64,000 bases of DNA from Pelagomonas calceolata (lineage: Eukaryota). The notes under the pieces are model-generated. The model worked only from the letters and a program-made list of their open reading frames with translations, was not told the DNA's origin and made no database searches. Within the stretch, counting starts at the first letter, position 1, and every line of letters starts with the position of its first letter. The position numbers were made by a program, and so were the translations under genes. This document shows positions 43,405 through 53,213 of this stretch, one piece after another. The DNA is taken from assembly GCA_918797485.1 (NCBI GenBank), contig CAKKNE010000003.1:744001-808000 (forward strand), given 5' to 3'.

Positions 43405-43497
43405 GGCCCAGTAGTAGGCGACTCTCCGAGCAATATGAAAGGCTGTGCTGGTCGGTTGGAGCCGCGCGCGGGCAAAAAAACACAAGACCCCAGCCGA

Positions 43498-43521
43498 GCT
43501 AGCGGTAGTAAGACACTAGCA
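43498..43521 (+). promoter_or_regulatory. Recurrent upstream motif
   Basis: GCTAGCGGTAGTAAGACACTAGCA lies between divergent genes. Confidence 0.65.
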
Positions 43522-43659
43522 GAGCACAAGCTCCAAGGCCGCGCGGCCACAAAGAGCTCCACAAAGGCCGTGCAAGGGTGCGGCAGACTTGTGAAATATC
43601 TTTCACAGGCCGCCACACGCAGCCTGAGCACTTTCGCCGCGGCGCGAGCGCCAAAAACC

Positions 43660-46600
43660 ATGACACCGCAAAAACGTAGAGTAGACGGGTCGTTAGTAGC
43701 GGACGAGCTGTGCCCGAGCCCCCCTCTACTGAAGGAGCAGCTGGCCCTCGGCCCCGCCGCGACGTACGGCCTCGCGGACGCGCGCGGCCTCGCTTTATTG
43801 GGTGTCGGCGACGAATGCGTCGCCTGGCGCCCGCGCGGCGACGGCGGCGGCGCGCACCGCATTTTGCAGCTCGGACTGAACCTCGCGGCCGACGAGCGGC
43901 CCCTCGTTTGTGCGCTGGGAACACCAAATCGAGTGGAGAGCGTCGCCTTCCTGCAGGGCAATGCCTGTTCCATACATAAACTTAGTGAGGCGCCCGGCGC
44001 GCCTCCTGTAGTACACGACTTTGACGGAAGGGCGTCTGCATGCACCTCGATGGGCCGCGTACTGATCGTGGGCGACGCTTCCGGCAAACTGCATCGCCTC
44101 GACGCGAACGGCTTCGCTGTATTAGGTGGTGCAGAGATGAGACAAAGGGCCGCCCAGGTCAGCGCGCAAGCGTCACAAGGGGCCCAAAAAGGTTTAGTGC
44201 GCAAGTCCCTCGGCGCTTTAGGTGGCTTCGCCTCGTCGGTCGTGGGTTTACTAGGCGACGAGGAGGACCCGGCGGGCTATGACATTGACGACGGGGCCGT
44301 GACGGCCCTCTCCTGTACCGAAGAGGGTGATGTGTTTGCCTTCCTCGCGACGGGCGCCTGTCAAAGATGGAGGTTAGGAGCCACCGCTTCGTTTGTGTGT
44401 GCCCACGAGGCCTGCTTCGCCGACGAGTCCAATAGTTTCGCGGGCTTCTTCTCGCCCCCTCCCCAAGGTGCAGTGAAGAAGCCCTGGGTCACTCATGGAG
44501 CGGCCTGCGTTGCTGGTAGCATCGTGGCTTCTCAACACGCGGGCGAACTGTCGCGCATCGTCATTTTGAGTTATCATGATGACGGCGAGCTGAGACGGCC
44601 GTGCTTTACGACGAAGGTAGTCCTCGATAGTTTAGACGCCATCGACTCGCCCTCGATCATCTCAAATGACGAAGCGGCCTGGGCCTGCTGGCGGCCTAGG
44701 GGAGCGGACGAGTGGCGCGTGGCCAACATTGAGGGAGGGTCGTTGGCGGCTCTACCACTATCTTGCGTCGCCTTCGGCGCGCCCTTCGAAGCTGAAAGAG
44801 ACGATTCTTCGTTGAGAGCGAGGCGCGCTCTCTTGGGCAGCACGGGCCTCGCGGCTCTCCTAAACGACGGCGGCGTCCTGGGCGTCGCCGCGGACGCCCC
44901 GCAACAGCCCTCTGCGCACAAGAAGCGTTCCACCAATATCGACTGGTCGTCGTTAGTCCAAGCGCTCGACGTCGAAAATGAAAATGTGGACGCGCTCGAA
45001 GCTTTAGGGAGTGCTGCCCGAGCCTACGACGCGCCCTCGCAAGAGTTGGGCCGCGCCGCGGTTGATGCGTCGACGCAATTACTGGAAAAAACACCTTTAC
45101 ATGGCTTCGGGGCCGATGATGTGGATGCGAGCGCTACTTTGGCTTTGCGGTTCGTGGAACAAAGGGAACGGCGCCACTCTTTACTAATTGAAGCCCTGTC
45201 CGGCGCCGCGCGCTGCTTGGATGGAGATAGCGCGTCAAAGCTCGCGGACGCGCACGGCAGATCAGCGTGCGCCGCGGCGGCGGCGCGCGTCCACGCCAAA
45301 TTAATGTTAAGAAAGCACCGCGCGGGCCAGTTACTCTCGCGCGCCTGCGGCGACGAAGTTAGCGAGGACGCCGCGTTCGATGCGAGAAGGCGCGCCGCGG
45401 GCCTGGGGGCCGTCGACGCGTTGTATGGTGAAGCACCTAATGATTCACTACGGGCCGCGCGGCGGTCGTTACGAAGTTGCGAGGACGCCGCGTCCGTGAA
45501 AGACGTCTGCGCGTTAATTAGGGCGGCGGCGGCAGCGGGCCGCGACGCGCGTAATGATGCTGCTAAACGGCTGCGGCTCCAGGTTGATGGGCCTTTTCGC
45601 GACGCGCGCGAGTCCTTGAGAAGTGCATTGGAGGCGCTGGAGAATGATGGATTTCCGCGGTGCGACGCGCGGGCGCCGCCGGCGGAATTAAGGCGTCTAG
45701 CCTTGGACCTCGCGGACCTGCTGGTGGGTGCTCAGGCGCCTGTAGATAGAGACGGCCGCGACGACGCGACGCTGGCCGCGACGTGTCTCGTGGCGGCGGC
45801 GGACGCGGCGCTCCGCGGCAAGAAGGGCGGCACCGCCGCGCAGCGCGCGTCGCAGTGGGCCTCGGACGCCGCGCCTGCTTTAGCGATCGCCGAGGCGAGC
45901 CGGGCGCACGCCGTTTTCTTGGACGCGTGCCTGCGGGCCGACGACATCGCGTGCGGCGCCGAGGACCGGACGCCCGACGGCGTCGCTTCTTCTCGACACG
46001 CGGCGGCGGGCCGAGCGAGAATCGCGCGGCGGTGTGCTTCCTCATCGGAGTTCGCGGACGAGGCCTTGTGTATTTTGGGCCGGCGCGGCCTCTTCGGCGA
46101 CGTCGCGGACCTGAGCCACGTCTGCTCGACCGAACGGGTCATGAGCGACGGCGTCCACGGCCTGCGCTGGCTCTGCGCCGCCGATTACGCGTCAAACGCG
46201 GACGACCTCGTCACGCTGGCGTCGAAGTCGCCGTCGGCGGCCTGTGGTACGACCTTGACCTCGATAGCATCTATAGCCTCGATCGCCGCCGGCGACCGGA
46301 CGCGCCAACTGAGATGCGAAGCGGCGCTGAAGGCGAGGAAGCTGGCTGCTGTTGTCTCGTCAGATGATGCGCCGTGCCCTGATATTGTGCGAGCTGCTTT
46401 GGAAAAAGTACCGACATCATCTGGAGACGACCGCCTGGCGCTCCTCGAGACGGCCCTCGACGCGTTGGCCCTCGAGACGCGGGACACGGCGAAGGTCTGG
46501 GCGGCGGCCTTCGCGGCCGACGAGCAGACGTGGCGCCAAGCGCTGGGCAACGATCTAGTGGTGCCGCCGGACTGCAAGCGCACTTGCTTTTACGATTTGG

Positions 46601-46797
46601 CGGCGAAGCGCGCGGCGGCCTCGGATCAGTCCTGGAGCGACACGCCCTCGCTCACGGCTGCGTTGGCGCCGCGCGGCGACGCGCGTGCTATAGCTCGTTT
46701 GCTGGCGTCGGCGCAGGAGGACGCGCGCGAAGGGGCGCGGGCGGATCGGGAGGCGGCTGCTGCCGCCCGCGCTGCTTCTTCTGATGATGCGGAGTAA
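43660..46797 (+). CDS. NUP133: Nucleoporin Nup133-like (beta-propeller plus helical solenoid), about 1045 aa
   Basis: Beta-rich N-half and helical C-half with LRWL and TLTSIASIA, resembling Nup133 LSWL and TLLSLSKLA. Likely start MTPQKRR; the track ORF's upstream extension is antisense to the previous gene. Confidence 0.55.
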   Translation: MTPQKRRVDGSLVADELCPSPPLLKEQLALGPAATYGLADARGLALLGVGDECVAWRPRGDGGGAHRILQLGLNLAADERPLVCALGTPNRVESVAFLQGNACSIHKLSEAPGAPPVVHDFDGRASACTSMGRVLIVGDASGKLHRLDANGFAVLGGAEMRQRAAQVSAQASQGAQKGLVRKSLGALGGFASSVVGLLGDEEDPAGYDIDDGAVTALSCTEEGDVFAFLATGACQRWRLGATASFVCAHEACFADESNSFAGFFSPPPQGAVKKPWVTHGAACVAGSIVASQHAGELSRIVILSYHDDGELRRPCFTTKVVLDSLDAIDSPSIISNDEAAWACWRPRGADEWRVANIEGGSLAALPLSCVAFGAPFEAERDDSSLRARRALLGSTGLAALLNDGGVLGVAADAPQQPSAHKKRSTNIDWSSLVQALDVENENVDALEALGSAARAYDAPSQELGRAAVDASTQLLEKTPLHGFGADDVDASATLALRFVEQRERRHSLLIEALSGAARCLDGDSASKLADAHGRSACAAAAARVHAKLMLRKHRAGQLLSRACGDEVSEDAAFDARRRAAGLGAVDALYGEAPNDSLRAARRSLRSCEDAASVKDVCALIRAAAAAGRDARNDAAKRLRLQVDGPFRDARESLRSALEALENDGFPRCDARAPPAELRRLALDLADLLVGAQAPVDRDGRDDATLAATCLVAAADAALRGKKGGTAAQRASQWASDAAPALAIAEASRAHAVFLDACLRADDIACGAEDRTPDGVASSRHAAAGRARIARRCASSSEFADEALCILGRRGLFGDVADLSHVCSTERVMSDGVHGLRWLCAADYASNADDLVTLASKSPSAACGTTLTSIASIASIAAGDRTRQLRCEAALKARKLAAVVSSDDAPCPDIVRAALEKVPTSSGDDRLALLETALDALALETRDTAKVWAAAFAADEQTWRQALGNDLVVPPDCKRTCFYDLAAKRAAASDQSWSDTPSLTAALAPRGDARAIARLLASAQEDAREGARADREAAAAARAASSDDAE

Positions 46798-46873
46798 GAG
46801 TCCGTCCCTATTTTACTGTCGATGTGTCGTTGCTGAAGGCACCGCGTTCGCCGACCGCGTTCGCCGATCGCTC

Positions 46874-46899
46874 CTAGCGGACTGTAAGACACTAGCAAG
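46874..46899 (+). promoter_or_regulatory. Recurrent upstream motif
   Basis: CTAGCGGACTGTAAGACACTAGCAAG lies upstream of the selenoprotein gene. Confidence 0.65.
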
Positions 46900-47163
46900 A
46901 TCAACAAAGTGGCGGGCCACGTGATTGCTGTGCGTCGGCTGTCTTAGCCTTGCAGGTGGTGCTAGGCGTGCATCAGAGAGTGCTCTGCTCGCGTCTTGCG
47001 GCGGGCGACTTGTCCGTGAGGCGTTGTGCGTGTCGGAGAGCGCACTCCACCGGAGCTCACACTCACAGCTGGTGTCGCTGCGCGTCAATACTCCAAACGG
47101 CTACACCCAATTCGAACAGCTGCACAGACGCTCGCACGCCGAACAACTGCTCAAAAAAACAGG

Positions 47164-48003
47164 ATGCAGCTCCGCCGTGTCGTCGTCGCGCTGGCCCTCG
47201 CGGCCGGCGCCGCCTTCACGCTGCCGACGCGCCGCCACGCGATGCAGCCTCTCCGCGCGGCAGATGAAATTTGTGGAGAGTGCGACCCGATGAGCCCGTT
47301 CTCGGACGGCTGCCGGCCCTGCGCCGACGGGCGGTCCGTGTTTGTGGGCGACACGAAGGTCACGTCGAAGACGCTGCGAGACATTGACGTCGTGTCGGCC
47401 AACGGAAATCGCGTGCGGTTAGACGACCTGATGGGGAGGAAAGCGTCCGTCGTGGTCTTCCTCCGCCACCTGGGATGACCCTACTGCTGGGACTACGCGA
47501 ACGCGTGGAGCAGCCCAGCTTATTTGCGGAGTTTAGATAGGGCGGGCGTCGCGGGCCCGGTGTTCATCTCCGTCGCGCCGCGCGAGACCGCGGCCGAGAA
47601 GATGAACAAATTTCTGGACATTAATCCGATGGTGCCGCGGGAACGGTTGTTCGTGGACGACTCGCCGACCTTCGCGGCCTACGCTTCCGCGGGTTTCAAG
47701 AACATTGGAGAGGACCAGAAGACGTCCTTGGCGGATGCCACGAAGCTCACGGCCCCTCGCTTGTCTGCAGGAGCCTGGTGGCGCTACCTCACGAACGTGG
47801 CCTCGCTCTCCCCGGTGCCCGACGGTTTGAAATTCGGCGAGGTGCCCGAGGGCGTGCTACGGCTGGGCGGGACTTTTGTGGTTGATGATGATACGGTCCG
47901 CTTCGCGCATGCGGATAAGTTCCCCGGCGACCACCCGGCCATCGCGGACGTGCTGCGGGCGGCGGGCATCTCGCTCGTCGACGCGGAGGGCGTCGCGGTC
48001 TAG
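47164..48003 (+). CDS. Selenoprotein of the AhpC/TSA-2 (SelU/PRXL2-like) thioredoxin-fold family, Sec at TGA 47476-47478 (279 aa)
   Basis: VVFLRHLG-TGA-PYCW puts U in the first position of the family CxxC. The frame continues to family motifs GVLRLGGTFVV and DKFPGDHP; a SECIS follows the stop. Confidence 0.92.
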
Positions 48004-48014
48004 GAAGCCTCGAG

Positions 48015-48085
48015 ACCGTGCGCGCGTTATATGACGCGGCCAGCATCCGGACGTGGTGCTGGTCGCCGACGCTCGCGCGCGCGGT
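48015..48085 (+). promoter_or_regulatory. SECIS element in the 3' UTR
   Basis: Helix I 48015-48026/48074-48085 (12 bp); core ATGAC (48031-48035)/CGAC (48067-48070); helix II 48036-48046/48056-48066 (11 bp); loop CCGGACGTG. Confidence 0.85.
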
Positions 48086-48380
48086 GTTCGCGCAGCCCGT
48101 GGCCTAAGATTGTGTCGTAGTCGCTCCCCCGAGACGGTGCCGCGCCGGCGACGATCCCCGACTGGCTCCGTCGCGAGCCTCTCGTCACTCTCTCCAGACG
48201 CTGCGCCGGCGATCCGGTCGGCTCGCTCCGCCGCTCGCGAGGGGGTCAAGATCCCTTACAAGTCCGTAGCGCAAGCATTCTCCCACCCCCTCGGCGGCGC
48301 CGACGTGGGCCTAAAAGCACTTTCAGGTTAGGGGTGGGGCGTTGACCCGCGCCGGCCGCGGGACAGGGGCGGCCGGGCAC

Positions 48381-49181
48381 CTAGGCGGCCATCTTCACGG
48401 CCTCGGCATCGTCGTAGACGCACATGTCGATGTTCACGCCCATCTCGAGCTCGAGGTCCTTGAAGCCGCGCGCGAGCTTGGCCTCGTTGACGCCTGCGAA
48501 AGCGACCGGTGAGTCGTGCCGAGCGGCGAGAGACCCCACGACGCCATCGACGCGAGGGGCGGTGAGTAAATCCGCGCCGCCACGCCATCGACGCGACGGG
48601 CGGCGAGAGACCCGCGCCGCCACGCCATCGACGCGACGAGCGGCGAGCGACCCACGACGCCATCGCCGTGACGTCGGATTCAGACACCGATCACTACGGT
48701 CCTTGGAGAGCATGACGCCCGACAGACTGAACAACTGCGTGCCGCCGTGGGGCGCGCCCTCGGTCTTCGTCTCGAGCTTGGACAGCGACAGCCCCTCGTT
48801 GGCCACAAATTCCGTGACGCGCGCGATCAACCCAACGCCGTCGGCGCAGGAGACATCGAGAGCAGCGGCGAAGGCGGGAGCTTCCACGCACTCCTCGGCC
48901 TCGTGCGCGCTGACCGAGTGGCCGGGCACCGCGCTCTGCACGGCATTGGTCAATGCGGCGTGCTGGTCCGCGCCGGCCTCCACCAACATCGCCATGGAGA
49001 AGACGGGCCCGATGGAGAAGGATGAGCTCTCGACGACGTTGCCATCGTGTTGGGCGATGGCCCGCGTCACGGACGAGACGAGGCCGCCGCGGTCCGGGCC
49101 GACGACGCTCACGACGAGCTGGCTCAGAGGCCGGCGGGCTGTTAAGGAGGCGAGGGGGCGGAGGGCGCGCGTCGCGAGCAT
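48381..49181 (-). CDS. Two-ACT-domain protein (GcvR-like), probably mitochondrial, 2 exons (49181-48698, 48493-48381)
   Basis: VVSVVGPDRGGLVSSVT and LDVSCADGVGLIARVT; Arg/Ser/Leu-rich presequence MLATRALRPLASLTARR. Confidence 0.8.
   Translation of the reverse strand: MLATRALRPLASLTARRPLSQLVVSVVGPDRGGLVSSVTRAIAQHDGNVVESSSFSIGPVFSMAMLVEAGADQHAALTNAVQSAVPGHSVSAHEAEECVEAPAFAAALDVSCADGVGLIARVTEFVANEGLSLSKLETKTEGAPHGGTQLFSLSGVMLSKDRSDRCLNPTSRRWRRGSLAARRVDGVAARVSRRPSRRWRGGADLLTAPRVDGVVGSLAARHDSPVAFAGVNEAKLARGFKDLELEMGVNIDMCVYDDAEAVKMAA
48494..48697 (-). mobile_element. Introner-derived GT-AG intron (204 bp) with four tandem CACGCCATCGACGCGA-type units
   Basis: Sense starts GTAGTGAT CGGTGTCTGAATC (TIR remnant) and ends GACTCACCGGTCGCTTTCGCAG. 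It is in frame and stop-free. Confidence 0.75.
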
Positions 49182-49486
49182 TTTGTTACCTGCGCGCAAT
49201 GTCTGTCGCTTGCAGCGCTGTCTCGATAGCAGGGATCTGGCTGATATCTCTGGCCACGGCGGCGCAGAGGAGCTGGTCTTTCGCGCAGCCACAGCGCTGG
49301 TTGCCTGTATTGGACGCTGGTGCGGACGAGTTGTGGTGATAGGCGCAAGGTGCCCAAAAGCTGTGGAAAAGCAGCGCTCTGGCAGAGCGCGCAGGCCGCA
49401 AGTCGGGGCGCCGCTAGTGGCGGTGCCGGGACAGGCTCTCCCTCGGTCCCTCCCGCCTCGTAAATATATACCACAAGAATACCTAC

Positions 49487-51458
49487 TTAACCCTCTCGCG
49501 CCTTCTTCGGCGGCGGCGCCTCCGGCCCCTCTTCGACGGCGACGCCCGGCGACCAGCGGTCGTTGTCCGAGACGGCGCTCGTCCAGCGGTCCGGTTGAGA
49601 CGCCGTCGCCCGCTCCTTCAACGCCCCCAGCACCTCTTCAAACAACTCGCGCCGGCGCCCGCGCGGCACGCCGTCGTAGGCCGAGTGTCGCGCCAGCGAC
49701 GGCTCCAAGTCCTCGTACGTCGCGTTTTTATCATCCGGCCACCTCAAATAATCCTCGAGCAATTCCCGAAACCTTCGCTCCCTTCTTTCCCGCCTCCTTT
49801 GTTGATCCCGTGCCTCTTGCGCCGCCTCATCTCTGAGATCGACAAACACGCGCGCGAGCTGCGGCCGTCGTAACTCACAGGCCTCACTCAAGGTCCATCC
49901 CTCGAGACGGCGCTCGTGCCGCACGTCCGCATCGCGCGGCGGCGACCGTCGGTCCACTTTTTTCAGCGCCGTCAACCAAGCACCAAAGGAACTCAGAGAA
50001 ACATCACACCGCCTCGTGAGGTCGCGGCACTGACGTCTATCAATCTTGAAGGATCTATAAGCTAAATCCTTGGCCCGCCCAAAAGCCCGGACGCAACAGT
50101 CGCCGCCTAGTCTTGAGGAACAAGCTGCTAAATCAGCCATGGCCTCCTTGACCCTCGCAATAACGACTTCAGTGTCATTGTCCTCCTCCTCCTCGTTATC
50201 AGAAGGGAGCTGGCCCTCTTCCGCGGCAAATGCTGCAGACATCTGGGCGACCGCCTTCGCGCCGCCCCTTTGTCTTGCGGCTAACACCGTGTCGAGCTCG
50301 GCGAAGGGCAGTTCCCTCGGGAGTAAGCCTCTTAGTATAGCAGCTAAAGCCGCATCCACAAAAGCCCTTCTCTTCGTATCGTCGCGCCTCCGCACCGTCT
50401 CGTGGCAGTCATCCACAAACCGCTGGTACTCCCTCCTCCGGTCGTCCGGCGACCTGTGCGGAGAGACACGTCGATGGCGTCGCGTCGATGGCGTTATGCT
50501 TCGGCAGACGCGTGGTGCTGAATCGGCGCGTCGACCTCCACGCCATCGACGCGACACCGGTTGATTTCCACACGGGCAACGACAGCAATAGGTTCGGGTT
50601 CTTCTTCTGCATGGCACTTTCCACATCGGAAAACCGAGTTCGTCCGAAGACGCCGATAAGTAGCGCCGCGTCGTCGTCCTCGTGCGAGGCGGCCGGGTGC
50701 TCCCTCGCTAATTGTACCAATGCTTTGCGGAAGGCCTCGCGCGCCTTTTCCGTCGACTGCCTTTTCTCGGAGGCGTCCTTCTCGCGGAGCGCATCCAAAA
50801 ACTCGTCGAACAATCCCTTTCTTTCTGTCGAGGTGGCGACGGCCTGATACCTTTCATCGCACGTCGCGGCCAGCAACTCGTCGGCCCGGGACCAGGGCGT
50901 GTCCACGGAAATCTCCTCGGCCTCGGCCAATAACCGGAGGAAGCCGGCTCTCGCCTCCCTGCTTCGTTTTCTTTCGATCTCCTTCTCGACCTTCGCGCGC
51001 TTCGTTTTATATTCGGCCAGAGCTTGTTTGCGTTCGCCCTTCGGCAAAGACATAAAGGTCGGGTGCTGTCCTAACTTGGCCGAGACTTCGGGGAACGTCG
51101 CCGTGGACTTGATGTCGCTATCACTCAGCAACTGCTTGAAGGCCTCGACCTTCTGCTTTGGATCTAACACAGGTTCCAGGGGCTTGATGTTCGGCTCCGG
51201 CTCCGGTTCCTTTGCAACGACTGGTGGTGCCTCTTTAGCCCTCTTGTTCGCCTCGATGAGCGCCGCGGCCTTCTCCCGCGCCTCTTTATACGCGGCGGGC
51301 TCCTCCCAGACACTGGTGGCGCCGTCGCTCCAGTAGGGCTTGCCTTCCGGCGTCTTATATTCTTTCCAGGTTCTCTGCGTCGGCGGCGGCGGCGGCGGCG
51401 GCGCGGCGGGCGCGCCGTAGTAGGCCGCGTAGGCGCCGGCGGCGTAGGGCCAGGACAT
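49487..51458 (-). CDS. PRPF40: Pre-mRNA processing factor 40 (WW plus FF domains), 2 exons (51458-50584, 50453-49487)
   Basis: WW domain WKEYKTPEGKPYW...SVWEEP; several FF repeats (EAFKQLL, ERKGLFDEF, RRELFEE). Confidence 0.85.
50454..50583 (-). mobile_element. Introner-type GT-AG intron (130 bp)
   Basis: Sense strand: GTCGTTGC + CCGTGTGGAAATCAA ... TCTCCGCACAG, then exon GTCGCCGG. Joins NLLL|SPDDRR. Confidence 0.88.
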
Positions 51459-51605
51459 TTTGTTAGAAGGGTGCTGTCGAGTACCAATTGACGCGCGGCA
51501 GCGATGGCGTCAGGAGCGACGCGCAGCAGCGATGCACGTCAGCAGCAGCAGCGATCGCTTGTGGGCCTGCTGCGCCGCCCTGCCAGCGAAACTCGAGGCG
51601 CGCCA

Positions 51606-51630
51606 GCTAGCGGCATAAAGACACACTAGC
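51606..51630 (+). promoter_or_regulatory. Recurrent upstream motif (variant)
   Basis: GCTAGCGGCATAAAGACACACTAGC lies between divergent PRP40 and NDUFB3. Confidence 0.5.
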
Positions 51631-51867
51631 TTCGACGGTCCACGGTACTTGATTACGGCTGGGAGGCCACAAACAGCGTCGGGGACCGCGGTACCGGTTA
51701 CTTAGCACCGTTTCGCTGCTACCAAGGCCGCGCCGCGAGCCCTTGCCGCGCGCCGCGCCTGCCGCGAGCTTGCCCTCTCTCACACCAGCCTTTCAGCCGC
51801 CGCGCCCGAGCCGCGCGCGCGCGCAGCCGTCTGCAAAGAAGCCGCGCGACACAGCCGCGCAAAGAAT

Positions 51868-52044
51868 ATGTCGTTCGCATCGCGCTCGAAAGGCGCGGGC
51901 GACGCGTGGCGCCGCTTCCCCATGCTCTCGGGCTGCTGGAAGGGGTTTGGCCCGTGGCCCGGTTTGGTATACGCAACCGGTATATTCACGGCCTACATGG
52001 TCGCGTCGAAGCTGCTGAAGAAGGACCACGGCGACCACCATTAG
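51868..52044 (+). CDS. NDUFB3: NADH:ubiquinone oxidoreductase subunit B12 (58 aa; absent from the ORF track)
   Basis: MSFASRSKGAGDAWRRFPMLSGCWKGFGPWPGLVYATGIFTAYMVASKLLKKDHGDHH has the AWR..P.L, PGL plus TM helix and His tail typical of B12. Confidence 0.8.
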   Translation: MSFASRSKGAGDAWRRFPMLSGCWKGFGPWPGLVYATGIFTAYMVASKLLKKDHGDHH

Positions 52045-52363
52045 TCGCGCCGTCTTGCCGGCCGCCGCCGCGCCGGCCGCGTCGAGCGGGGCGGTGGTCG
52101 TACGTACGTATAACTGTATAGTTCTAAACAAGCGAGCCCGTCCCCACCCTTGTCACCACCGCAAGATGCGTTCGTCCGGGGACCGAGACATGTGATTGGA
52201 TGGTCATGGCGATGTAAATGCAGGCATACGCGCCCCACTGCTCGTAGCTGCTTGGTCGTCACACCAGTTGTAGTGACGCATCGCGACGCACTGCTACGGT
52301 ACACGAACGCTTTGCGACGCATTAGAGCTGTACACCCAACAATTGCATTCCCACACCACATCA

Positions 52364-53116
52364 ATGGACGGCTACGCCGCCCAACAGCGCGAATTCGACT
52401 GGTTGTGCGAGCCGTCCGTGATGACCCGGGCGCTGCGGGAGCTGCGCATCGGCTGCGACGCAGGACTCGCTGTCGATGTCGGGTGTGGCACCTCGTCGGG
52501 CATGGCGGCGGCGCTGCGCGAGGACCTCGGAGCACGAGCTGTCCTCTGCCTCGACAAAGAAGCCGCGGCGATTGAATTCCTGCGGCGCGAAGGCGTGAAT
52601 GCGAGGGTATGCGACGTCGCTAATGATCCCGACGCTGTCGTCGCGCCAGGCTCGGTAGATTTAGTGGTCGACAAGTCCGCGCTCGATTGCATTCTGTGCT
52701 CGGACGGCGTGGGATGTTATTTGAGGGGTGTCTACACGATGCTGAGGCCGGGCGGTTCCTACGCGATCGCGTCCTTCCGGACGGAAGACGAGCTGCGGCG
52801 GATCTTTGGCGGCGCCTGGCGAATTATCGAGGTCGTCGCGCTGACCCCACGCTGCCGACTCATCGTCCTCGCCAAGGACTCGGGCGACGACATGTTAGCG
52901 CCACGGGTCGTCACACCGGACGCCACGCCTCGGGATCGCTTCCCGCTGGCCGTCGAAGAGGCGTACGAAGTGATGTTTAGCGCCGAGGAACGCAAGTGGT
53001 ACTCACTCATCGATTTCCGCGGCGACCTGATTGGTGTGTTTGAAATGCGCGCGGCCGACCCGAGATTTGAACTCTCCGCGCACGACGCCGAACTATTTAT
53101 GCGGCGGATGGGGTGA
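52364..53116 (+). CDS. Class I SAM methyltransferase (EEF1AKMT4/METTL13-like)
   Basis: FDW, VDVGCGTS, DLVVDKSALDCILC and LRPGGSY. Confidence 0.85.
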   Translation: MDGYAAQQREFDWLCEPSVMTRALRELRIGCDAGLAVDVGCGTSSGMAAALREDLGARAVLCLDKEAAAIEFLRREGVNARVCDVANDPDAVVAPGSVDLVVDKSALDCILCSDGVGCYLRGVYTMLRPGGSYAIASFRTEDELRRIFGGAWRIIEVVALTPRCRLIVLAKDSGDDMLAPRVVTPDATPRDRFPLAVEEAYEVMFSAEERKWYSLIDFRGDLIGVFEMRAADPRFELSAHDAELFMRRMG

Positions 53117-53213
53117 TCTTAACGTAACAAGTTGTGACTAACACGTCGCGTCGACGGCGTCGGGGGCGGGACTCGTCGCCGTTAGCGATGGCGCGGGGGG
53201 GACTAGAAAGTCA

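Noticed and set aside
42406..43659. N-terminal extension of the 1463-aa track ORF
   Set aside because: It is the antisense shadow of the 42277-43404 gene and crosses a promoter-type spacer; stop-free antisense frames are common at this GC content.
48520..48670. Regularly spaced repeats resembling a CRISPR array
   Set aside because: Eukaryotic intron context, the spacers resemble each other, and there are no cas genes; these are introner modules.
53143..53200. Introner-like GTCGCGTCGACGGCGT words between convergent genes
   Set aside because: Too short and degenerate, with no TIR or TSD; it could be chance in GC-rich DNA.
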